In this document: positions 8,236 through 16,195 of the stretch, in pieces
How positions within the stretch are numbered: the stretch's first letter is position 1
How the letters are laid out: the number at the start of each line of letters is the position of its first letter
Source: a virus
Lineage: Duplodnaviria > Caudoviricetes
Virus record (IMG/VR): IMGVR_UViG_3300042815_000289
Location: 1 to 25,733 of that record
Strand: one strand, 5' to 3'
Length of the DNA: 25,733 bases
The notes under the pieces: model-generated
The model's input: the letters and a program-made list of their open reading frames with translations, nothing else
What the model was told of the DNA's origin: nothing
The model's database searches: none
Translations under genes and position numbers: made by a program

Positions 8236-8556
8236 ATGCCATACAAAGGATTCACAGGGGTAGCAACCGTCACCGGGATTGAGGAATACATTTCTATGAG
8301 CATCACGGGTGAGCAGACGGAGATCGTTATCGATCCCGGCACAGCCAACACCGCTCCCACAGTTACCACCTACTACAATCCTCGCTACAATGTGTCGATA
8401 GAGGGGATCAGCTCTGGCGCTTCTGTTCCTGCCACCTTTACGGTTGGCGGAAATAGCTACGTAAAGACGGGCGAGTCGTACACAAAAACAGTTGGCGACG
8501 TGGTTAAGGTCAGCGTCACTGGCGTCTACAATCCAAACAGCTCGCTTGCCTCGTAA
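8236..8556 (+). CDS. Small virion protein, candidate tail tube subunit B
   Basis: 106 aa, Thr/Val/Gly-rich, RBS TAAGGA; YYNPRYNVSIEG and terminal KVSVTG strands. Confidence 0.55.
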   Translation: MPYKGFTGVATVTGIEEYISMSITGEQTEIVIDPGTANTAPTVTTYYNPRYNVSIEGISSGASVPATFTVGGNSYVKTGESYTKTVGDVVKVSVTGVYNPNSSLAS

Positions 8557-8570
8557 TCGGTAAGACGGCG

Positions 8571-9134
8571 ATGAATCGCCACTTTGCCGAATCATTCCTA
8601 AATCGCCAGGATCATCGCGTCCTAGGCTTGCCACTCTTGCCGCTTTCCTTGTGGCACATGTTTAATTTAGAGGTCGCTCAATCGCCCTACTTCATCGGAG
8701 GATCGTTCCCGTCGGCCAGAGATCTGCGCCTAGCGGTGAACATTTGCCGGACGCCGTTTCCCATTCTGCCAGATCTCTCCAACAGTCGGCTTTGGCTGGA
8801 TTGGATAAAAAGCTGGCGGTGCGAGTTCCTGATCGAGACGGCCAAGTTCCGCGCCTACCTGGATGATTTTAATGCGTTGCCACAGTTATGGCAGCCAGAG
8901 AAAAAGAGGGGCACCGGCCGGGAGGCCACGGGCCTGCCGTGGTCTCTGGCGATCGTCACGGGCGTATGCGGGGCGACCGGGTGGGACGAGGCAAAGGTCT
9001 GGAACATGCCGATCGGGCAGGCGTACTGGTATCACGTGGCGTTTGCTATGCAGAACGGCAGCAACGTGGATCTACTGAGTGAGGGCGAGTTGCTGGCGAT
9101 CGAGGCCGTTCGTGCTAGGAGGGCGGGGAAGTGA
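8571..9134 (+). CDS. Putative tail assembly chaperone
   Basis: 187 aa between tube candidates and tape measure; C-terminal GWDEAKVWNMPIGQAYWY resembles gpT-type chaperone tails. Confidence 0.45.
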   Translation: MNRHFAESFLNRQDHRVLGLPLLPLSLWHMFNLEVAQSPYFIGGSFPSARDLRLAVNICRTPFPILPDLSNSRLWLDWIKSWRCEFLIETAKFRAYLDDFNALPQLWQPEKKRGTGREATGLPWSLAIVTGVCGATGWDEAKVWNMPIGQAYWYHVAFAMQNGSNVDLLSEGELLAIEAVRARRAGK

Positions 9135-9931
9135 TTACGATGAAAATGGACGATGCTGACTTTAGCTATCAGCTCAAACGCTACGCCTTGGCTAAGAAAA
9201 TATCTTTTGCAAAAGCAATCAAACAGCAAGGCCGATTAGTTGCCGTGAATCTTGCATTTCAGACTCAGCCTTTTGGAGCTGAGAAAGGAAAGTTATTAGG
9301 CGAGGGTGCAATATCGGGCGATTTATTGCCCAAAAAAGGAACTAACAAAGGGATCTTTAAGCCATTAAATAAATTCTGGATGGACGAGGCGATTCGGATG
9401 AAGCAGTACGCACCCGAGAACTTTCAGAGAAGATTTACAACAAAAGACGGAAGGGTCTGGATGAGTGAGGAGGATCAGATTTTGACCTCAATCGGTGCGA
9501 TGAAACAATTTCATCAATCTATGAGGACGCAGGGTGGCAGAAGAAGAACAAGCAAGGCAGGACAAGGCGATCGAGGCATTGGGCGGCATGGCACCGCAAA
9601 TCGTGGCATTGTCGATAAAGACAAGCTGGGGCAATACGTTACAGCTACGCATAAAAAAGTCGGTATTGCAAAAGCTGGGTGGGCACACTGTGCAAAACAG
9701 TTAGGCGGATCCCGTGGCATCCCACAGTGGGTAACTCGGCACGCGGGCAAGCGTGCCAAAGGATCGGTAGTCGATAATTCCGAGGCATCGGCTGGCGAGC
9801 AATATGTGACTATGACTAATCAAGTTCCGTGGATTGATAAGTGCCTAAACGCAGGCCAGATCCAGCGTGCTCTTGACATACAAAAAGACAAGATGACCAA
9901 GGCTATCGAAATAGCTCTCAGCAAGGCATAA
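9131..9931 (+). CDS. Basic virion morphogenesis protein (possible neck/tail completion protein)
   Basis: 266 aa, Lys/Arg-rich, GTGA overlap with the upstream stop; function inferred from position only. Confidence 0.45.
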   Translation: MITMKMDDADFSYQLKRYALAKKISFAKAIKQQGRLVAVNLAFQTQPFGAEKGKLLGEGAISGDLLPKKGTNKGIFKPLNKFWMDEAIRMKQYAPENFQRRFTTKDGRVWMSEEDQILTSIGAMKQFHQSMRTQGGRRRTSKAGQGDRGIGRHGTANRGIVDKDKLGQYVTATHKKVGIAKAGWAHCAKQLGGSRGIPQWVTRHAGKRAKGSVVDNSEASAGEQYVTMTNQVPWIDKCLNAGQIQRALDIQKDKMTKAIEIALSKA

Positions 9932-9933
9932 CC

Positions 9934-11220
9934 ATGGCTGATCTAAAAGTAAAAGTAGGGGTAGATAAATCTGGATTTACCACCGGGCTGGCCTCCATGG
10001 AAAACTCTGTCAAAGGGTTTGGCATGAAGGTTGGCGGCATTCTGGCTGGCGCCTTTGCTTTCGATAAAATCATACAAGGCTTTTCCAATGCCATAGATAA
10101 GGGCGACCAGCTTCAAGATCTTGCTAATAGGTTTGGAGTTGCCGCCAGTAGCCTGCAAGAGATAGGAAATGCGGCCAGCACTTCGGGAGCAGGGTTAGAG
10201 GATGTGGCTAGTGCTATGAATAAGCTGGCGAAGAACGCGGGCGCAGCCATTGGCGGGAATGAGCAAATGGCCGAGGCATTTAATAAAATTGGTTTAAGCG
10301 TAGAGCAACTTCAGGGAATGACCCCACAGGATCTATTTATGGCCTTATCCAAGGCAGTGGCCTCTGGCACGCTTGGCATGCAGGATTTTGCGATTGCACA
10401 AGAGCTGGCTGGTAAGGGTGCGGCCGTGCTAATGGAGACTCTTAGAATGGGGCCAGAGGTGATTTCAGCCAACGGGCAAGCGATGGGAGTCTGGACGGAT
10501 GAAACGATTGCAAAACTATCCGAGGCATCTGACGCAATAAAAGCATTTCAAAACACAATGACGATTGCTTTCGGAGGCATCGCGCAGGTTGCTGTGCCTC
10601 TCATTAAAACATTCAGTGATATAGCGCAACTAACGGCTATGATTGGATCTGCTGCCGTTTCTTTTGCTACTGGTGATTTTGCTGGTGCAGCAGAAATTGC
10701 AAAAGAAGCATCAAAGATAAAAAGCCGCAGAGATGCTGAAGAGGCTAGATCAGCTAGGCAAAAGACAGGTCGTGTTTTCGATACAGAAGGACAAGTGTCG
10801 GCCGTTGCTGATAAAGCCTTTGAGGCAAGCGAGCGAGCCGCCGCTAGGCACGAGTTGCGTTTAATTGAGGCTCAAATCGCTGGAAAAGAAGAAGCGGAAA
10901 AGATGAAGCAGGCTATTGAAGAAAAATATGCCCAAAAAAGCCTAGAGCGGGCGCAACGGTTAGAGGAACAAAAAGCCAATCAAAAAGACGATCGCCCAGA
11001 GCGGCTTGCACAAATAAACAAACAAAGGGGCAACGAAGCTGACTTTGACCCTCGCGAGGCATTGATGCAAAGATTCGGCCTAGGAAGCCAGTTACGTGAC
11101 ATTCCATCCAGCACGGAGGCACAACGAACCCAACCCGTGAGACTAGAAAACCCACCTGATCTAAAAGGCGTACTGGATAAGCTGGATCTACTCATCAAAA
11201 ACGCCGGGGTGTTTAGCTAA
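9934..11220 (+). CDS. Tail tape measure protein (short)
   Basis: MADLKVKVGVDKSGF start, Ala/Gly-rich helical sequence, LQDLANRFGV..SSLQE..AA, AFNKIGLSVEQL.GMTPQDLF, charged coiled-coil C-terminus. Confidence 0.85.
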   Translation: MADLKVKVGVDKSGFTTGLASMENSVKGFGMKVGGILAGAFAFDKIIQGFSNAIDKGDQLQDLANRFGVAASSLQEIGNAASTSGAGLEDVASAMNKLAKNAGAAIGGNEQMAEAFNKIGLSVEQLQGMTPQDLFMALSKAVASGTLGMQDFAIAQELAGKGAAVLMETLRMGPEVISANGQAMGVWTDETIAKLSEASDAIKAFQNTMTIAFGGIAQVAVPLIKTFSDIAQLTAMIGSAAVSFATGDFAGAAEIAKEASKIKSRRDAEEARSARQKTGRVFDTEGQVSAVADKAFEASERAAARHELRLIEAQIAGKEEAEKMKQAIEEKYAQKSLERAQRLEEQKANQKDDRPERLAQINKQRGNEADFDPREALMQRFGLGSQLRDIPSSTEAQRTQPVRLENPPDLKGVLDKLDLLIKNAGVFS

Positions 11221-12011
11221 TGGCTAGGGGCAGCAGCTACGGTGGGGGCAGCGGAGGATCCGTTCAAAACACGGGTGTCGAGATGCTGGGTGGTGGCGGC
11301 AGCTTTCAAGCCACCGGCAAGACCACAATCAACAAAAAGTATTTTGTCACAGATTTCGCACAGCTTCAAACTGCGCCAAGAATAGATGGCTATCAGGCTA
11401 CAAACATTACCTACACAAAAATAAATGAAACTGCCTACGAACAGTCCGTCACCTACGAGGCGATGACGGAGGGATCATCAAGTGAAACAGGCGGAGTCGT
11501 TTGGCTGCAGGCAGGAGTTAAGGGCACGTTTGAAATGTTCTGCTCCTATGAAAGCAAGCCGATTGAGCTGCATCCCCGCATCGATAAACTTTCTGTAGAT
11601 TTTGGCGGGTACTTTACGCCAGATGGATTTGCAAAATGGCCGCCTACTTACACTCCGACATCAGGCGGAGGGCTAGGATCTGGCAATACTGTAGCTAATC
11701 CTATGTTTGGAGTTACCCGCTACAAAGAGGTCACGCTAACCTTGCGTCACACCTACTTTACGAAAAGTGTAAATCCTAAAATTTGGGATACCGCAGGCCG
11801 GGTCGTAGATAAATTGCCAGCGGGCATCCCCATCCCAAGGGGCGAAAAGGATAAGGACGGAAAAGAAATCCCTCGGCGCTGGATGATGCAGGCTCCCGCC
11901 GTCAGCAGGCAGGGCGAGGCATGGCAAGTGGTGCAGGAATACGTGCTGCTGGATTCAAAGGGGGTGGCTGACGGCTTATACGAAAAGGGCACTGTACCAG
12001 GAGCCACATGA
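11220..12011 (+). CDS. Putative distal tail / tail tip protein
   Basis: 263 aa immediately after the tape measure (TAATG overlap); PIELHP and NPMFGVTRY segments. Confidence 0.5.
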   Translation: MARGSSYGGGSGGSVQNTGVEMLGGGGSFQATGKTTINKKYFVTDFAQLQTAPRIDGYQATNITYTKINETAYEQSVTYEAMTEGSSSETGGVVWLQAGVKGTFEMFCSYESKPIELHPRIDKLSVDFGGYFTPDGFAKWPPTYTPTSGGGLGSGNTVANPMFGVTRYKEVTLTLRHTYFTKSVNPKIWDTAGRVVDKLPAGIPIPRGEKDKDGKEIPRRWMMQAPAVSRQGEAWQVVQEYVLLDSKGVADGLYEKGTVPGAT

Positions 12012-12598
12012 TTCCTGCCGAGCTGAAGGCGGAATCGGGCGACAAGATCCTGCCTAAGTTCAAAAAGCTGGTCGCTTGGATCGACAGTCAGCGTCTCGTC
12101 TCCGTAGACGATCGTGTCCTAATTAACTCAACCCCAAACGGACAGCATGTTTCCATGGTGGATCGGCCGCCGACAATCTCTACTCCACTGCAAGTCCGAT
12201 TTAACGGGACAAAGTTTTTCAGCGTCAGCGAAGGCTACATCAACGGCAAGCTGCCTCAAATCAAGCCCAGCACAGGCCAACTGCAAGACATCGTCGACCC
12301 AGATGGCGTGCCAGCCCCGCCAGCAAAACTACCGGCAGAACGCCCTGTCCTAGTGTGTGCCCTTGTTACATTTACCGAAACATTCGCTCTTAAATCCAGC
12401 GAGATCGTTTGGAAGAAGCCTATTGAAATTCCACGTACAGGCAGCGCTGATTACGCCGTAAAAGATAAAACAATATCCGGCCTGATTCCTCTGGCTTATA
12501 TGCGTAAAGACAACTTCACTCAGTTCGTTACGCACAACCTGCAGGTGAGGGCTTATCTGCATAACGGATCGCACCGGGTGATCTACTGGCCTGCGTGA
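12008..12598 (+). CDS. Hypothetical tail-region protein
   Basis: 196 aa, coupled by ATGA and GTGA overlaps on both sides. Confidence 0.6.
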   Translation: MIPAELKAESGDKILPKFKKLVAWIDSQRLVSVDDRVLINSTPNGQHVSMVDRPPTISTPLQVRFNGTKFFSVSEGYINGKLPQIKPSTGQLQDIVDPDGVPAPPAKLPAERPVLVCALVTFTETFALKSSEIVWKKPIEIPRTGSADYAVKDKTISGLIPLAYMRKDNFTQFVTHNLQVRAYLHNGSHRVIYWPA

Positions 12599-13626
12599 AA
12601 TACACATCACGGCTATGGCAAAAGCTACTGCACAAGGTGGAGCAGTATCTGCCTATCAAATTTGATTACACCGGAGCCGGCATCCGACCGCACCCATGGC
12701 AGATTCAGGCACAGTATTACACCGATCCGATCGCAAACATCTCCTACTGGCGGGCGTCCTTATCGCCGGGCTTGGTTAACGGATTCCCAGCTAAAATTAC
12801 GATGCAATACTCGGACGCTCCGCTGGCCGCGCAAGAGCGTATAAGGCTAGAAAACATTGAGGCCAAAAAGCCTGCACCTAAAAAGACGGATCGAGTGGCC
12901 ATCTATCTGGACGAGCAGGCGGCTGTAAAACTATCTTTCCGCAAGATAGGATCTGATGCCGACCCGTCATCCATCACGGCAAACGCTGGCAGCGGAAACA
13001 TCACCGGCGTATTTGAGAAGGTGCCCGACTTCTTTAAGAGGCTCGGCGTCTCCGACGCCAATACAAACCTATTGGCTGAGAAACCCGAAACTAAACGCCT
13101 GCTCCTCGCTTGCGATATAGTCCTAAATCAGCCGCGAGTATCGCTAACCAACTCAATCTCTATCTCTGCCGCATCGATCAGTACTACGCTTGTCAGTATT
13201 AACCCAGGATTCCTGTCTCCTGCCGATCGCGAGGCGACTGTCACTGCCTTGCCCAAGTATGTGGCGCCTATTGAAACTACTAACTTTGCCGATTTGTTCT
13301 TTCAACGATTTGTAGACAGTTCGACAGATCGGCTGCACTTAAGCACCGTCTATCTTTTGTCGCCTGTTCTTCCTTTGTTAGATCCGACAGACCTGTCTGG
13401 ATGGCAGCCTTATATTCAATACAACTGCCATCACAATCTAGTTCACGCGACAAAGCAGATCGAGAAGCGTGAGGAATTTACCCCGTTGAGCCTAGTTCTT
13501 CCATTTGCGGGCGGGGTAGCCCAGCCGATCTTTGACTATATCTTGGCCGAAAACAACTTCTTTGCCCAAGCGGCTTTGGACTTCTATCAGCAACGCAACC
13601 TAGCAGGAAAGTTTTACGCCGTATGA
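12595..13626 (+). CDS. Hypothetical tail-region protein
   Basis: 343 aa, coupled by 4-nt overlaps on both sides. Confidence 0.6.
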   Translation: MKYTSRLWQKLLHKVEQYLPIKFDYTGAGIRPHPWQIQAQYYTDPIANISYWRASLSPGLVNGFPAKITMQYSDAPLAAQERIRLENIEAKKPAPKKTDRVAIYLDEQAAVKLSFRKIGSDADPSSITANAGSGNITGVFEKVPDFFKRLGVSDANTNLLAEKPETKRLLLACDIVLNQPRVSLTNSISISAASISTTLVSINPGFLSPADREATVTALPKYVAPIETTNFADLFFQRFVDSSTDRLHLSTVYLLSPVLPLLDPTDLSGWQPYIQYNCHHNLVHATKQIEKREEFTPLSLVLPFAGGVAQPIFDYILAENNFFAQAALDFYQQRNLAGKFYAV

Positions 13627-13817
13627 GCCTAGACAAGTCAGCCGAGCGTCGCAAAAAGATCATCGAGGAAAACCGCAGACTGCGGAAGTTAGGCGTCGTT
13701 CAACTGACTGAGCCAGGGCCGTGGTATCCCATCGCCGCAGCAGTGCAGTTTGATCCCGCCTTCTTTAAGGGCTTTACAGAGCAGGAGACAGGGATTGACA
13801 CGACACCCGCCAAGTAA
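13623..13817 (+). CDS. Small hypothetical protein
   Basis: 64 aa, ATGA overlap, ends 2 nt before the next ATG. Confidence 0.6.
   Translation: MSLDKSAERRKKIIEENRRLRKLGVVQLTEPGPWYPIAAAVQFDPAFFKGFTEQETGIDTTPAK
13795..13801 (+). promoter_or_regulatory. TTGACA late-gene motif, copy 5
   Basis: TTGACAC 19 nt upstream of ATG 13820. Confidence 0.5.
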
Positions 13818-13819
13818 CC

Positions 13820-16195
13820 ATGGCCACACTCCTTTACGGTAACATCTCCCAGAAAACGGCCAGCTACACGATTGAGCCTGGTTCGATTACCCTGCCCACA
13901 GTCGTGCAGGGAGATACCTTTACGCTTGCGGTGCGCCTTACCGAGACGTCTAACAACACCACCACAGTCACCGCGCCTTCCATCTACTCCGCCCGTTTAA
14001 GCTACGGCCCTGTCGACGTGGCGCCTACGGCTGGGACGTTTAAAGTGCTGGTTAATGCGGTCACGTCTAGCGCTATCACGCTGGGATCTACGGCCGCCAG
14101 CGTGGCCGCCATCCTCAACACCATCTCAGCCGCTACCGGCTGGAGCGTCACGGAAGATCAAGGCTCCTACATCGTAGGCAGGACGGCTAACTGGACGACA
14201 ACCAGCGGCATCACCATCGTTCAAAACGAGCTAATCCCAGACAGCTTTGTCCGGGTGACTAGCTATTCCGCAAACAATACTTTCTATCAAGAGCTGCGCC
14301 CGATGCAGTCGCCGTTAGCTTATACTAGCGCATTCGGGCTAATCGTTCCGCCAGCTCCTACCATCACCCGCGTTGTTACTGGCTACAGCGATCCCACCAC
14401 GGGCGTTTTTGTGAACGAGGTGCAACGGCTCTACATTCCGCCCGCATTCGATACCACTTACCAGATCTATCGCGGGACAGCTCGCACCGCCTTGTTAAGT
14501 AAGGACGATGGATCGACCGAGATTGAGGCTGCCCTTATGCAAGGCTGCGTTACTGTTGGGGCAGGGGAGATCTTCCTAGTTACCAACCCGCAAAACTACA
14601 CCGCCGACATTGAGTTCGCAGGCGCTATGAGTGGAGCGACCCACAGCTTGCTAACGGTGGCTGTGCCTATATCGCCACAGGGCGACGTCACATTCGATCT
14701 GGATCTAAATACCCAAGGGATGCTGGCCGCTTTGCGTGGCGATTTTGAGGTCACGCATCCGCTGACTTGCGAAGTAGGAATTAACTACGGCACAGTAACC
14801 ACGCCCAACGTCCAGTACGTCACCGTGTTCCAGCAGAACATGACCGTGCAGGCCGACGGTGCTTGGACAGGATTGGCAGCCGCACAGCGGATCAACTGGC
14901 TAAACCCACCGCAGCCGGTCAACTATATCCCTTTTACCACAGACCAAGTCATCACCGGGATACAGAGCTTTACCGCAGTCGTCACAGGCGCAGGCCCGTG
15001 GACGATCGCACACAATCTAGGCACGGAGGCGATCCACGTCACCGTTAGGGAAAATGTTTCTGGTGGGGCTATACTACAGCAAACATCTCCATACGTAGGT
15101 GTGGGGGATATTTCTGTCAGCAGTTCGACGAGTCAGTCAATCATTGTCACAAGACTTATAGGAACAGTACCAACAGCCGGCTGGGCCGTAATGATCTCCT
15201 CCGCAGGGCCGACAAGCGTGTTCCAGGCGCACACCCATACGATTGCTCAAGTTGTAGATTTACAAGATACGCTGAACGCACTCGGCACACGGCTAACTAC
15301 ACTAGAGAACGTCCTGCCTAATGGCGTGGGGATCATTAACCAATCCGGCGTGAATACCACTCCGCTAACCATGACCATCCCGGCACGCTCTGAGGTGCTG
15401 TTCTCGCAAGATATAGAAGGAGCTTGGGGAGATGGCGGAATCGATCAGTCGAAACTACCCGTCCGTGGCCCTAGCTTGTTACGATCTTTTTCTGGCCTAG
15501 CTGATAATTCCAATATCCTTACCGTGCCGACTGTCTCGGGCGCATTCATCTATTCTGGGGGCATTGAACTCCCGCCTATGGGCTTTATCCCTGGCGATAC
15601 CGTTCCGCCGAGCGGGATCGTCATCTACGACGAAGGCCGGATCTATCAAGGCCGCCAAGACGGAGACAACAAAACCTACTATCCCGTGCCTTACGAGGTG
15701 GAGCTTTTCCGCGTTCCCGTTAACGCCAATCAATTCAGAGTCGGCCGCACCCTAGAAGTTAAGTTTGGCCTAGTTTTACAGATGCTGGCCAAGACAGACG
15801 CCCAATGGCGTGTGGTCATCGATGCGGCCAATTTAAGCGAGGTGACTAGCCCAGCCGTCCAAGGCATGAACATCTCCAGCGCTGACTATAACCAGAATAA
15901 ATTACTGGATCACCGCATCATGCTAACTCAGACGCTGGCACCACACATTCTCGGCGTGCGTCTGACGCGGTCTTTAAGTGGCGAAAACATAGTTATCACA
16001 GCAGACAAAAACCTCTATGGAACTTACGAGAGCACGATCGGCGCGCCTGCCGGAGCCAGCTTTATTCTGCGAGCCCGCTTGATGAACTTTGATATTGCGA
16101 ACACGGCAGACGACGCTCGCGGATGGGTGGGTTACTCATTAAAGGGCGTTGAGAATGACACGATTGGCGGTGAAGTGAAGGTGACAATCTCATGA
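13820..16195 (+). CDS. Large tail/baseplate or fibre protein
   Basis: 791 aa, Thr-rich and beta-rich; N-terminal VVQGDTFTLAVRL (BppU-like), NEVQ, IAHNLG and the HTHTIAQVVDLQDTL tail-repeat motif. Confidence 0.7.
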   Translation: MATLLYGNISQKTASYTIEPGSITLPTVVQGDTFTLAVRLTETSNNTTTVTAPSIYSARLSYGPVDVAPTAGTFKVLVNAVTSSAITLGSTAASVAAILNTISAATGWSVTEDQGSYIVGRTANWTTTSGITIVQNELIPDSFVRVTSYSANNTFYQELRPMQSPLAYTSAFGLIVPPAPTITRVVTGYSDPTTGVFVNEVQRLYIPPAFDTTYQIYRGTARTALLSKDDGSTEIEAALMQGCVTVGAGEIFLVTNPQNYTADIEFAGAMSGATHSLLTVAVPISPQGDVTFDLDLNTQGMLAALRGDFEVTHPLTCEVGINYGTVTTPNVQYVTVFQQNMTVQADGAWTGLAAAQRINWLNPPQPVNYIPFTTDQVITGIQSFTAVVTGAGPWTIAHNLGTEAIHVTVRENVSGGAILQQTSPYVGVGDISVSSSTSQSIIVTRLIGTVPTAGWAVMISSAGPTSVFQAHTHTIAQVVDLQDTLNALGTRLTTLENVLPNGVGIINQSGVNTTPLTMTIPARSEVLFSQDIEGAWGDGGIDQSKLPVRGPSLLRSFSGLADNSNILTVPTVSGAFIYSGGIELPPMGFIPGDTVPPSGIVIYDEGRIYQGRQDGDNKTYYPVPYEVELFRVPVNANQFRVGRTLEVKFGLVLQMLAKTDAQWRVVIDAANLSEVTSPAVQGMNISSADYNQNKLLDHRIMLTQTLAPHILGVRLTRSLSGENIVITADKNLYGTYESTIGAPAGASFILRARLMNFDIANTADDARGWVGYSLKGVENDTIGGEVKVTIS

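Noticed and set aside
8571-9134. Programmed -1 frameshift of tail chaperones
   Set aside because: No clear slippery heptamer near the end; the next gene starts by a normal GTGA overlap.
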